A DNA stretch of 64,000 bases from Macrostomum hystrix. Lineage: Eukaryota; Animalia; Platyhelminthes. How positions within the stretch are numbered: the stretch's first letter is position 1; each line of letters begins with the position of its first letter. The translations under genes were made by a program, and so were the position numbers. Location: NCBI GenBank assembly GCA_950097015.1, contig CATNEN010000025.1:5456001-5520000 (forward strand), read 5' to 3'. Below the pieces are notes generated by a model, which saw only the letters and a program-made list of their open reading frames with translations, was not told the DNA's origin and searched no databases. This document shows, in pieces, positions 23,801 to 38,100 of this stretch.

Positions 23801-25460
23801 CTAGCTGCGATTCCTGTCCACTTAGATTCTAGCTGCGATTCCTGTCTACTTAGACTCTAGCTGCGATTCCTGTCCACTTAGAATCTAGCTGCGATTCCTG
23901 TCTACTTAGACTCTAGCTGCGATTCCTGTCTACTTAGACTCTAGCTGCGATTCCTGTCTACCTAGAATCTAGCTGCGATTCCTGTCTACTTAGAATCTAG
24001 CTGCGATTCCTGTCTACTTAGAATCTAGCTGCGATTCCTGTCTACTTAGAATCTAGCTGCGATTCCTGTCTACTTAGACTCTAGCTGCGATTCCTGTCTA
24101 CCTAGAATCTAGCTGCGATTCCTGTCTACTTAGAATCTAGCTGCGATTCCTGTCTACTTAGAATCTAGCTGCGATTCCTGTCTACTTAGAATCTAGCTGC
24201 GATTCCTGTCTACTAAGAATCTAGCTGCGATTTCTGTTCTACTTAGACTCTAGCTGCGATTCCTGTCTACTTAGAATCTAGCTGCGATTCCTGTCCATTT
24301 AGATTCTAGCTGCGATTCCTGTCTACTTAGACTCTAGCTGCGATTCCTGTCCACTTAGATTCTAGCTGCGATTCCTGTCTACTTAGACTCTAGCTGCGAT
24401 TCCTGTCTACTTAGACTCTAGCTGCGATTCCTGTCTACCTAGAATCTAGCTGCGATTCCTGTCTACTTAGAATCTAGCTGCGATTCCTGTCTACTTAGAA
24501 TCTAGCTGCGATTCCTGTCTACTTAGAATCTAGCTGCGATTCCTGTCTTCTTAGAATCTAGCTGCGATTCCTGTCTACTTAGAATCTAGCTGCGATTCCT
24601 GTCTTCTTAGAATCTAGCTGCGATTCCTGTCTACCTAGAATCTAGCTGCGATTCCTGTCTTCTTAGAATCTAGCTGTGATTCCTGTCTACTTAGAATCTA
24701 GCTGCGATTCCTGTCTACTTAGAATCTAGCTGCGATCCCTGTTCTACTTAGAATCTAACTACGATTCCTGTCTTCTTAGAATCTAGCTGCGATTCCTGTC
24801 TACTTAGAATCTAGCTGCGATTCCTGTCTACTTAGAATCTAGCTGCGATTCCTGTCTACTTAGAATCTAGCTGCGATTCCTTTCTACTTAGAATCTAGCT
24901 GCGATTCCTGTCTTCTTAAAATGTAGCTGCGATTCCTGAAATAAAATTGATCGCATTGTATAGTTACATAGTAATTATAACATGTAGTGTCTTTCTCTGA
25001 CCAAATCTGCGATAACCAATGAGGCGATAATTTAAGGGAAGAAGCAATGCTACTGTCAAAGCAATGATAAGGACAGCCAAATTTTAAGCACTTTATAAAG
25101 TGCACTTAGCGACTAGAAGCTGTGCGTATCGGGATTACGGGCAAGCAGTGTAAACAAAAACATATTTCCTTCCGGAATGAAAGAAAAACAATAACGCCAC
25201 GGACACATTCCTTACCAGCGAAAGTCTTCTCACAATTTAATAAAGCAAGGAAATCGATAGCTAAGGATCGGATTTTCAGTCACAATAGATAATGGACAAT
25301 GGACAAAAGGCGGCTAAATGGTCCGAAGGAAATATTCTGTCTGTCTGTCTGTCTGCCTGTCTGTCTGTCTGTCTATCTTGGGTGTCTGTCTGCCTGTCTG
25401 TCTGTCTGCCTGTCTATCTTGGGTGTCTGTCTGTCTGTCTGTCTGCCTGTCTATCTTGTG

Positions 25461-25505
<45 letters not shown>

Positions 25506-28500
25506 GTCTGTCTGTCTGTCTGTCTGTCTGTATGAATTTATCCATTAACCTACCATTGGCATAGAGACCAACTGCCAATTTATCATCTGGCCTGGTGACT
25601 GGTATGTTTGATGCTGCAATAGTAAGAACATTGTGGTTACAAACCGGTTGTCAAAGTAGATTGGCGAGAGTTGGTTGACACATTAGCAATGTGTCAACCA
25701 ACAGTTGATTGAGTAGCATTAGAAACCCTAAGAAAAGTTGGGAAATAGAACTCGGGCCATAAGGAAATCAGGGTGGGGCTTAGATCAATCTAGAAAAAAG
25801 TGTCTCAAGTTACTCAAGCTGGTCTGGCTCTTATATCACTGATCAAAATAGCAGATGGCGGTACAGCCCCGCATCTTGACCTCAAACTGAATGAGTTTGA
25901 CCCTCGACAAAACAGTTACTAAAGCCTAGAGTCAAGAAAATCAAATAAAAAATCTTGCTTTTGCCTACCGTTCATGTGGATATTGTAGCGAGACACTCTG
26001 CGACCAGCTGTGAAGGACACTGACTTCTTCTTGACCAGGTAGACTATGACAACCGCTACTGTTACTATGACAGCGGCTGCTACAAAGAGGCCGATGTAGA
26101 TTGCCAGGCTGTTCAAGATGGGCACATGCTCCGGGTTCACTGCGGGAGGATTGACGGAAACTGCTGAATGGGGAATCCGCTGACTGACTGAGGAATCTGC
26201 TGACTGACTGAGGAATCTACTGACTGAGGAATCTGCTGACTGACTGAGGAATCTACTGACTGAGGAATCTGCTGACTGACTGAGGAATCTGCTGACTGAC
26301 TGAGGAATCTGCTGACTGACTGAGGAATCTACTGACTGACTGAGGAATCTACTGACTGACTGAGGAATCTGCTGACTGACTGAGGAATCTGCTGACTGAG
26401 GAATCTGCTGACTGAGGAATCTGCTGACTAACTGACGAATCTGCTGACTAACTGACGAATCTGCTGACGGACGGAGGAATCTGCTGACTGAGGAATCTGC
26501 TGACGGACGGAGGAATCTGCTGACTGACTGAGGAATCTGCTGACGGACGGAGGAATCTGCTGACTGAGGAATCTGCTGACTGACTGAGGAATCTGCTGAC
26601 TGACTGAGGAATCTGCTGACTGACTGAGGAATCTGCTGACTGACTGAGGAATCTGCTGACTGGCTGAGGAATCTGCTGACTGACTGAGGAATCTGCTGAC
26701 TGAGGAATCTGCTGACTGACTGAGGAATCTGCTGACTGACTGAGGAATCTGCTGACTGACTGAGGAATCTGCTGACTGACTGAGGAATCTGCTGACTGAC
26801 TGAGGAATCTGCTGACTGACTGAGGAATCTGCTGACTGAGGAATCTGCTGACTGAGGAATCTGCTGGCTGAGGAATCTGCTGACTGGCTGAGGAATCTGC
26901 TGACTAACTGACGAATCTGCTGATGGACGGAGGAATCTGCTGACTGAGGAATCTGCTGACGGACGGAGGAATCTGCTGACTGACTGAGGAATCTGCTGAC
27001 TGACTGAGGAATCTACTGACTGACTGAGGAATCTACTGACTGACTGAGGAATCTGCTGACTGACTGAGGAATCTACTGACTGAGGAATCTGCTGACTGAC
27101 TGAGGAATCTGCTGACTGACTGAGGAATCTGCTGACTGACTGAGGAATCTACTGACTGACTGAGGAATCTACTGACTGACTGAGGAATCTGCTGACTGAC
27201 TGAGGAATCTGCTGACTGAGGAATCTGCTGACTGAGGAATCTGCTGACTAACTGACGAATCTGCTGACTAACTGACGAATCTGCTGACGGACGGAGGAAT
27301 CTGCTGACTGAGGAATCTGCTGACGGACGGAGGAATCTGCTGACTGACTGAGGAATCTGCTGACGGACGGAGGAATCTGCTGACTGAGGAATCTGCTGAC
27401 TGACTGAGGAATCTGCTGACTGACTGAGGAATCTGCTGACTGACTGAGGAATCTGCTGACTGACTGAGGAATCTGCTGACTGGCTGAGGAATCTGCTGAC
27501 TGACTGAGGAATCTGCTGACTGAGGAATCTGCTGACTGACTGAGGAATCTGCTGACTGACTGAGGAATCTGCTGACTGACTGAGGAATCTGCTGACTGAC
27601 TGAGGAATCTGCTGACTGACTGAGGAATCTGCTGACTGACTGAGGAATCTGCTGACTGAGGAATCTGCTGACTGAGGAATCTGCTGGCTGAGGAATCTGC
27701 TGACTGGCTGAGGAATCTGCTGACTGACTGAGGAATCTGCTGATGGACGGAGGAATCTGCTGACTGAGGAATCTGCTGACGGACGGAGGAATCTGCTGAC
27801 TGACTGAGGAATCTGCTGACTGACTGAGGAATCTACTGACTGACTGAGGAATCTGCTGACTGACTGAGGAATCTGCTGACTGACTGAGGAATCTGCTGAC
27901 TGACTGAGGAATCTGCTGACTGAGGAATCTGCTGACTGACTGAGGAATCTGCTGACTGACTGAGGAATCTGCTGACTGACTGAGGAATCTGCTGGCTGAC
28001 TGAGGAATCTGCTGACTGACTGAGGAATCTGCTGGCTGACTGAGGAATCTGCTGATTGACTGAGGAATCTGCTGACTGACTGAGGAATCTGCTGGCTGAC
28101 TGAGGAATCTGCTGACTGACTGAGGAATCTGCTGACTGACTGAGGAATCTGCTGACTGACTGAGGAATCTGCTGACTGAGGAATCTGCTGACTGACTGAG
28201 GAATCTGCTGACTGACTGAGGAATCTGCTGACTGACTGAGGAATCTGCTGACTGACTGAGGAATCTGCTGACTGAGGAATCTGCTGACTGAGGAATCTGC
28301 TGACTGAGGAATCTGCTGACTGAGGAATCTGCTGACTGAGGAAACATATTGATAAAGCAGATATAGAACTAACTGACCTCTCTGTCCATTGCCATTGATG
28401 TAGCGCTGCAATGTTTGATCCTCTTCTGTAAGGAATAAAGTGGCGGATTGATAATTGTTATGAAAGCATTGTTTGCACACAAACAATACCAAATGAACTT

Positions 28501-29076
28501 GGTCAAGCTTCATCGTCATTAGCAACGGAGCCGAAAGCACGTGAATCTTGGACACACCCCAGATATCATCATCAGGTCGAATGCGAAATGCAGATACATA
28601 TTTTTATAGGCTAACATGCTGGACGCTGGGAGATATGATGGGGATAATTATGACGTTCCTCGCAGCGTTTTATTGTCCCTCAGCTCCTTAGTTTTTCCTC
28701 TATATGAAAATTCGGCAGGTATAAGAAGCATAATTTAGTTAAGAGAGTGTTGTAAAACTTTTAAGAGCATCAATAACCATAATAATACTAACAGTAATAA
28801 TAATAATAATAGTAATAACAATATGTAGTTGGTGTCAGATGAAGTGAAGACTTGTTTGAATTGCTTGTTATCCATATCTGAAGCCAAAAGTTTGCCCATA
28901 ATGAGGATTCTGAATTCGCTTCATTAACTGCGTCTGCGTCTCTCGCTTTGTGAATATTCAAGCTAGCTTTAAACAAACTCACTAACCAACTGGTCTATAT
29001 TCACATGAAACCAGATTTCACCCAAGAAGATTGAATGACTCATCAAGGAAAAAGCTGTGTCTATTTTAGTTGTCTC

Positions 29077-29112
<36 letters not shown>

Positions 29113-32100
29113 ATCCCCATCCCTATTTCACACGGTGTCTGCATAATTAATGATCTATGACCCAAACCTTCTATTGCAGTGGCAACAAGATCTCGTCCAT
29201 ACGCTAGCACATATATGCATAATTACAGATTCCTATCACTGAGTGCGAGAATTCACAGGCAGGCAATGATAATTTGGCAAGCCATCTGCTCAACCCAGCT
29301 CTTTTTTATTTCTTCTGAGCACTGCTCCCAACCCTATGCGAGATGTGAACGAGTTAATCCTGTTTATTTCAGCCAACGTCTGAAATATGCTCAACGTATG
29401 CTCAAGAAGTTGCTGTTTAGCTCTAGGATTCGCTACAATATATTTACTTTACTTTTCTCAGTATTTTAGTCCTTCATAAAAAATTATTATTATTATTACA
29501 CCACTGAATCATCAGGGTGGATGAATTCGGCTCCTGCTTATTCATTAGTTTACAGCTGGCAAATCGGCTTAATCTAATTTTCTAAATTTTGATTTAGAAA
29601 GCGATCGATTGTACACGCACATGTACATTCTCCTTCGCAAATTGGTTGGTTGGCCTGCCGAGCGGGGTAGAAATGTCTAGGGTGTGCGGAACTATTCGCG
29701 CATGTACATTGTCCTTCCCTATTGGTTGGTTGGCCTGCCGAGCGGGGTAGAAATGTCTAGGGTGTGCGGAACTATTCGCGCATGTACATTGTCCTTCCCT
29801 ATTGGTTGGTTGGTCTGCCGAGCGGGTTAGAAGTATCTAGGGTGTGTGCACTATTCGGAAATGTACATTGTTATTTCTTTGGGTAGGGGGCTGACTGGCA
29901 GGTTGGTTAGCGCGTTTGCCTCTCGAACCAACGTCCGTCAACTCGATTCCGCCGCGAAGCCACATTAATCTGGGGCGCAGCCGCGGAGAGAAGGCTTGTG
30001 TGCTTGTTGCACAATCATAACGCCGTGAATTCCAACCACCAAGACGGAGTTAATGGTTATTTAATAATTGATTACACCTGCCCCAAATTGGTCCAGATGT
30101 GCAGCCGACAGCACTGCCGCAGCTATTGAAGGCTGCGTACGGCTGTTCAGTCCATGGACTGGGGGGGGGGGGGACGCCACACCCACCTTTAATTACCCCA
30201 GCTGATTCTGGTACCCATTTAACAGCTGAGTGAACTGAAGCAATGCAGAGTTTAGTGTCTTGCTAAAGGACACAAATTGTTCCAATGGAGTCGGGAATCG
30301 AACCTCCGACGCTCTGACCACTAGGCTACAACCTCCTTTGGGGTACAAGACACAGAGAGAGTTACTTACTGCCTGACTGACCTGAAATATTATTACAAAT
30401 CTATGGTCCCGTGTTCACAGCCCTCCAGCTATTAATAATATTAACCTTAACCTTCCACCCTTCCTTGCTCTCCGATTGAATGCAATTTGAATGTCAAAAA
30501 GAAGTGTAGAAAAAGAATTACGACAAAAAATTACCCAAAGTCTCTTGGGCATAAAATAGAGTGAGGATTTTCTCCCCTTCCCCAGAGCTCATAAGGTTCT
30601 TCCAGGCCTATAAGGCGCCAATCTGTTCTTCGGCCGAAAAGCCGCGCACTTTACACATTGCCTATAGTGCCAAAATAAATGCGAAGCATTGGTTTTGAGT
30701 TTGGTTTAGAGGAGTCTTCTCGGCGTTTCCCAGATTGCACTGGGGGTTGGTGAAATTTGGCAGCGAGTATACTATATAAATTCGCGCTCGTTTCTCGTCG
30801 GATTTCATGAGCTAGGGAAGAAAATACTAAAAACTTCTCTCCTCTTCCCCTCTCGTCCTAGTTGAGGGGAGGTTATGGTTTGTTGGGATATTCTTCGCTC
30901 GAGATGCGAGTGAGAATTGGCGCTGACGAACAACTGAGGCGTAGGAGTTGGGAGATTGGATGAGGGATGTCAGCGGGTGCAGGAGTTTGTATGTTTCTCC
31001 TGCAGCCGTGTTTCTGTCGGGAGCAGCGGAGCGTCATTAACAACGGCTGGGAGGTTATCCAACTTTTAAGCGTGCAGCTCGCACAAAGAGAATTGTAAGC
31101 TTATTTGAGACAGATCTGTTCGCTTACTTTCGCATCAGAGTCATCTTCTTAATGTTTCTTTCCTTTCCTTTCCTTTCCTTTCCTTTCCTTTCCTTTCCTT
31201 TCCTTTCCTTTCCTTTCCTTTCCTTTCCTTTCCTTTCCTTTCCTTTCCTTTCCTTTCCTTTCCTTTCCTTTCCTTTCCTTTCCTTTCCTTTCCTTTCCTT
31301 TCCTTTCCTTTCCTTTCCTTTCCTTTCCTTTCCTTTCCTTTCCTTTCCTTTCCTTTCCTTTCCTTTCCTTTCCTTTCCTTTCCTTTCCTTTCCTTTCCTT
31401 TCCTCTCCTTTCTTTTCCTTTCCTTTCCTGTTCTTTCCTTTCCTGTTCTTTCCTTTCCTGTTCTTTCTTTTCCTTTCCTTTCCTATCCTTTCCTTTTTCT
31501 CTCTCTCCTTTTCTCGCCACTCCTGTACTTTCCTATCATGTACTTCTCTTTTTTTAATATCCTTTCCTTCCCCTCAATTCCTTTATATTTTTTCTCCTTC
31601 GTTCCGTTTCCCTTTAAATTTCATCCTCTACTATCCTTTCCTTGTTTCCCGTGGCTCTAATCTCCTTCCCGACGTATTGTCTTCCTACCGTAGTCATGTC
31701 TGCCCTGTTCTGTCTGGCACTCAGCATTTCAAAAGCACTCTCTAGAGCTTCTCCGACCCTCGTTTCAATCAACTGCTCGCCATCCACAGCGAATGCCATA
31801 TGTAGCATATAGAAATAGTGGCTTCATTCTCTCGCACTGGATCGCGTGACTTCGAAAATCAATCACTGAGTGAACCCTGAGCACTGATTCCATTTTTACG
31901 GGATGGCAATATTTTTGAGCTAAAAAAATAAAAGAATTTTTGTTTTTCTAATCAATATAAGCAAGTGAGTATATGAAGCAGATTATTGAGTTCTGCAAAT
32001 GATATAGACCTAGAACAGTAGAAGCCACTTAAAGGAATTCAGAATTTTGCGTTTCTGTTTCAATTTTGGAGTGTGTTTTTTCTCATGAAAAGCTAGCAAT

Positions 32101-35100
32101 AGCTTATGACAGCTTACGATTGTAGCTTATATTCTTGATACGATTCCAGCTTCGATTCTAGCTACGATCTAGTTACTGTTATAGCTACGATTCCAACTAC
32201 GATTCCAGCTACGATTCCAGCTACGATTCCAGCTACTATTCCAGCTACTATTCCAGCTTCGATTCCAGCTACGATTCCAGCTACGATTCCAGCTACGATT
32301 CCAGCTACGATTCCAGCTACTATTCCAGCTACGATTCCAGCTACTATTCCAGCTACTATTCCAGCTACTATTCCAGCTTCGATTTCAGCTACTATTCCAG
32401 CTTCGATTCCAGCTTCGATTCCAGCTACTATTCCAGCTTCGATTCCAGCTACTATTCCAGCTTCGATTCCAGCTTCGATTCCAGCTTCGATTCCAGCTTC
32501 GATTCCAGCTACTATTCCAGCTTCGATTCCAGCTACGATTCCAGCTACTATTCCAGCTTCGATTCCAGCTACTATTCCAGCTTCGATTCCAGCTACGATT
32601 CCAGCTACTATTCCAGCTTCGATTCCAGCTACTATTCCAGCTACTATTCCAGCTACTATTCCAGCTACTATTCCAGCTACTATTCCAGCTACGATTCCAG
32701 CTACTATTCCAGCTTCGATTCCAGCTACGATTCCAGCTACTATTCCAGCTTCGATTCCAGCTACGATTCCAGCTACGATTCCAGCTACTATTCGAGCCAC
32801 GATTCTAGCTACGATTCCAGCTACGATTCCAGCTACGATTCCAGCTACGATTATAGCAACGGTTCCAGCAAAGAGACAAGAGACAGAAAAAAAGATAAAA
32901 AATTACTGCGACAGAGGCCGTCGCTGCAGTTTCGCGTTCGACCAGAGTCAAACTCGTTGGCGGCTTCGGAGTCCTGGCACGGATGTCCGCCATTCCTGGG
33001 AGCCGGGCTGTTGCAGGCTCGCTGACGGCTGCTCCGACAGTCCGGGCCGCAGTAGCTCCACGGACTCCATTCGCCCCAGCGGCCGTTGACTGGAATTTTA
33101 AATTAGAATCATTGCAATCTTGAGAGGTCTTGAAATCTTGAAAAGGTCGTCTGAAAAAGTTCAATATCATTCTGTGCAGTGTCAAGGTAATGGAATGTAA
33201 TGGAAAATTACAGGGTCTTCTGACGATTGTCAAGGTCGTCTGGAAAATTACAGGGTCGTCTGAAGATTGTCAAGGTCGTCTGGAAAATTACAGCGTCGTC
33301 TGAAGATTGTCAAGGTCGTCTGGAAAATTACAGGGTCGTCTGAAGAATGCCAAGGTCGTCTGGAAAATAAAAGGGTCGTCTGAAGAATCTCAAGGTCGTC
33401 TGGAAAATTACAGGGTCGCCTGAAGAATCTCAAGGTCGTCTGGAAAATTACAGGGTCGTCTGAAGAATCTCAAGGTCATTCTGTGCAGTGTAAATGTTGA
33501 CTGAAAAAATTCAGGGTCGTCTGAAGTTATTCGGATAATTTCAAGGTCGTTTTGGAGACCAAAGGTCATCTTAAGACAACAATTTTTTAATTGAAAATGC
33601 TTCTTAGAAAGCTTTGAGAGCTTTGTGACGTAAGAAGTAAGAGAGCAAGACAATTCTAAAAGTACACGCAACAGCAACTGCGCGCACTTACATGCAGTTT
33701 CGCCCTCTACTGATGCTCTCACATTATTTCTCCCTCAAAGTAATTATCCCAAGCCTTTTCTATCTAGCTAACCATTCCTTGCTAGTCAATCGCCGAGGAA
33801 ATTTACCCAGCCCTTCAACTGTCCCCGCGCAGGACAGGGCGTTGGAAGGAGCATGTAAATTGTACTGCAGCATAAAGGGCAGCTGTGCTCCCCCTGTCTT
33901 TACATAGTTGGCACCGCTTTCGTGTATATATATATAATCTGTATATATATCTGGAGTCTATAAAATAATTAACTTTCTTTCTTGACTCTCTTATCTATCA
34001 AATCTGTTTCTCCCGCTGTCGGCCGCTCGGATGTTACACACACACGACAGCAGCAGAAGCGAGAGGTCACTGCAACACAAGCCAGCCCCTTCAAAGTCTG
34101 ACAACGCCAGGGGTAACATTAGAAACGCCATCGAGACAGGGTGACGATTCCGGTTCCTGGCATATTTATCATCCTGATTCGAACTGGACTGGTCGCGTTT
34201 TCGGCACAATCTTCACCAAGTCCGCCCCAGCTGGTGGTGACAAGAAGTGTTTCAGAAGGCCTTTACAACCCAACGAAGCAGACTGTCTCTCTCTCTCCGT
34301 GCAATCATTTGTATTCCTCAACACCCCCCAGTCCCTGCCGGAGTGTGTTTATTGTTCCCAAATCCTCAGCGACAGGCCTTTTCCTCAGTACGCAATTGGT
34401 CGCAAGCGCGCCACACGATAGACGCGCAGTTTGCTGACATTCCAAAACCGTTTTTATCCCCTTTTTTCTACATATTCGACTTCAAGTCTATTCGGCGAAA
34501 GAAAAAATTATGTTTCGTTTTCAATACAATGCTTGGAAACGTGTTTTTAAGGATCTACGCTCGTATGAGTACTACTAGAATCTAACTGACAATGCGTCTT
34601 TTGGCGAGTTTGGATTTAAATTGCGTAGTTCTGACGAACAAATCAGATTGCTTTTCTTTCTTATAATCGCAACAATTTATTCTGCAAATGTAAATGTTGT
34701 AGCAAAAGTTTCTTTTCTACTAGATTTTTTTCTTTTTTTGGAGGAAAGTCTAAAAGAGAATTCCAAGGTCGAACGGAAAATGTCAAGGTCATCTGAAAAA
34801 TGTCAAGGTCGTCTGAAAAATGTCAAGGTCGTCTGGAAAATGTCAAGTTCGTCTGAAAAATGTCAAGGTCGTCTGGAAAATGTCAAGGTCGTCTGGAAAA
34901 TGCCAATTCTGTCGGGCAAGTGGAAAAGGTCGGTCTGTAAGTGTTTCAAGGTCGCCTGGAAAAAGAAAGGGTCGTCTGAAGAATGTCAGGGTCATCAAGA
35001 GAATATCTGAAGAGATCGCGGTGGTTAATTTAGATTTTTTGTAGAGAATCTCCTAGGAGCAAAATTCAGGGCAAAATTTGTATGCTCAAACACCCGACTG

Positions 35101-38100
35101 CTCACCGATGCACTTGGCCTCGCACATCTCAATCTGTCTGGCCTCGCCAACGCACGGCCTGCCGCCGAACTGGGGCCGCGGATTGTCGCACTGGCGTCGG
35201 CTCTCGCGTCTCTGCTCCGAGCACTCGGCGGGGCATTGCTCTTGGCCGGCAGCGCCTCCGGCCGGCTCGCAGCGGGGATCGCAGGCGCGCCACACCGTCC
35301 AGGACGACCAGCCGCCGTTCACTGAAGGTCGGGGCATTGAGGTTGAGTTTGGCTTCGGGTTTGTGCGTCGATTTTTGGGGATTTCAGTAGGGGATCAGTG
35401 GGAGTGACTAGATTTCAGTAGGGGATCCGTGAGAGTGATGGGATTTTAGTAGGGGATCAGTGAGAGGGATGGGATTTCAGTAGGGGATCAGTGAGAGGAA
35501 TGGTATTTCGGAAGGGGATCACTGAGAGAGATGAGATTTCAGTAGGGGGTCAGTGAGAGTGATGGGATTTCAGTAAGGGGGATCAATTAGATGAATGGGA
35601 TTTTGGAAGGGGATTAGTGAGAGGAATGGGATTTCACTGAAGGGGATCAGTTGGGGATCAGTGATAAGAGTTTGATATAAGTCAGAGGTACGGGATTTAA
35701 TTAGACAGCTCGTTTTTTTATAAAAATATGATGAAACAAAACAAAGACTTCACTTTCCCAGGAATCTGTAGAAATTTTTGGTGAAAGCTTTATGAAAAAA
35801 GTACTCATTTTTAGAACAGGTGGATGCAGAACCCGTACAGCATCGTGTTTTTGGGAGAGAGAACGAAAGAATGAAGAATGTTGGATTAGATTTGTACTTT
35901 TATCTGCTCAGTATATAAGCTGCAACGTTTTATGAAATATAAGATTTCTAAAAGCAAAAGCAAAGAAGTATCTCTATAAAAAGCAATAATTTTTTAAAAA
36001 TCTTTGTTGTCTTCAACCGATCTCAGTTTGAGTGTGTTGTCGGTGTGTTTTAAGGATGAATTATGACTCAGGGCAGATTCTGAAGGCAATATTTAGTACA
36101 GGGGAACAGGCAGCGAGGTCAGTGAGTAGCAAGCGGGAATCCGCCATCTGCCACGCCCCTCTTCTATTCCCAATGCGACCCTTTAATTTTCCCCATCTTA
36201 TTCTCCTGTTCCGAAATCCTGCTTTTGGGCATGGCGCGCTAGTGTGTCCACAAATGGGATTTTAATATCAATGCTGTTTGCGCGTGGCCCTTCGGAGGGA
36301 AAACACGAAAATTTTCTTGACCCCGTCCTCCTGGCCGGGGAATCAGTTTTTCTTGCGACCCGAAAGTCGAGCAAAATGGTTGTAAGAAAAAAATAGACAA
36401 AATAATAATAATGCAGATAGATAGATAGATAGACAGACAGATAGATAGATAGATATATAGATAGATAGATAGATAGATAGATAGATCGACAAACTCAAAA
36501 ATTTCTCTGAATTCCACATGCCAGGGTGCAGCCCTAGTTGCAGAATTCAATGACAAACTATTCAGGGAATGTCTGCGCAAACTCCGGTTTCTCTGTGAGT
36601 TTTGAATCCCAGTTAGGGATGCAACAACTCGGGAGGATTTTTCTTCAAAGCGGAAGAAACATTCACCAGGCAGTCCCCACCCCAATGTCCGTGCTTGTAG
36701 CTTGCGGTCTTCGCTACAGCACTGTCACTTTTTTCCTAGTTTCCTTTTTCTCCCAGAATTTTCCCCTCCAGAGCCGCCTGTGTTTTCAAGAAATCTGGAC
36801 AGGTTTTTCTGCTTCTCGCCGCACCCCCCCCCGGTCCCCTAGGAGGCCTGCGGGCTCCTCGCCTAGCAACTTTTCCAGCGCTGGGTAAACCGAGCCGAGG
36901 CAATTAAAGTCAGGTTGCGTTTGTCTGGCTGGGTCTGATACCCCCACCCCAATTAACCCCCCTGGCTGGGCTGTACTTAAACTGCAGAACTATCTTTTTT
37001 GGCCAAGTCTGTCAGCCCATAATGTCTGTAAAATTTGCATCGCTGTGACTTTTAAGAAATTAATCAACTTTGTAAGTTTGGCGAATTCGCCCTTTCGGAT
37101 TTTATTTCGAGAGTTGTCCGTCATTTTGAAAATAATTCGCATTCAATGTACACTCAATGTACGAGCGTACGTTCAGCAAGGTCAATCTATGGTACTGAAT
37201 GTACATTCAGCAAGTCAATCGACATATACACTCAATGTACATTCAGCAAGTCAATCTATGTACACTGAATGTACGTTTAGCAAAGTCAATCTATGTACAC
37301 TGAATGTACGTTTAGCAAAGTCAATCTATGTACACTGAATGTACGTTTAGCAAAGTCAATCTATGTACACTGAATGTACGTTTAGCAAAGTCAATCTATG
37401 TACACTGAATGTACGTTTAGCAAAGTCAATCTATGTACACTGAATGTACATGCAGCCAGTCATTGGCACATTTATGAAGTACATTCTACAAGTAAACAAA
37501 GAATCACCCCATTCAGTGAGTTAGTCATGACTATGTTTTCTGTGTGTGCATTAACAAATGTGCCCACAGATCAATAATTGCTCGTCGACAGCGCGCGGAA
37601 CTCACCGTAGATCGACAATTCGGCAGGCTTCGACTGCAACGACTGGCCAGGAATTTCAGCTACGCAGCTATAGTTGCCCCGATCCTCAAGCATCAGGGGC
37701 CTGAAGATCAGCTGAGCCTGGTGATCGATGGTCACCCGGTCGTTGTAGCGCCCGACGTCCAACGGCTTAGCGTTCTTCATCCAGTGCACCTGGGTGCGGG
37801 GTTGGGCCGGCAATGACAGAATTGATTCACCGAAAGCAGGGTTCGACAGCCAAATAGGCCTATTCACCTCGAATGTGAGAGTGTGAGAGTGAGAATTATC
37901 AATACGACAGCATGCGCATTTCATATCAAGAGATGAGACAGGGGAGAGATGAGACAGGGGAGAGAAGAGACAGGGAAGAGATGAGACGGGAGAGATAAGA
38001 CAGTGAAGAGACGAGACAGGGGAGAGATAAGACAGTGGAGAGATGAGACACGGAAGAGATTAGACACTGGAGAGATGAGACAGAGGAGAGATGAGACACT

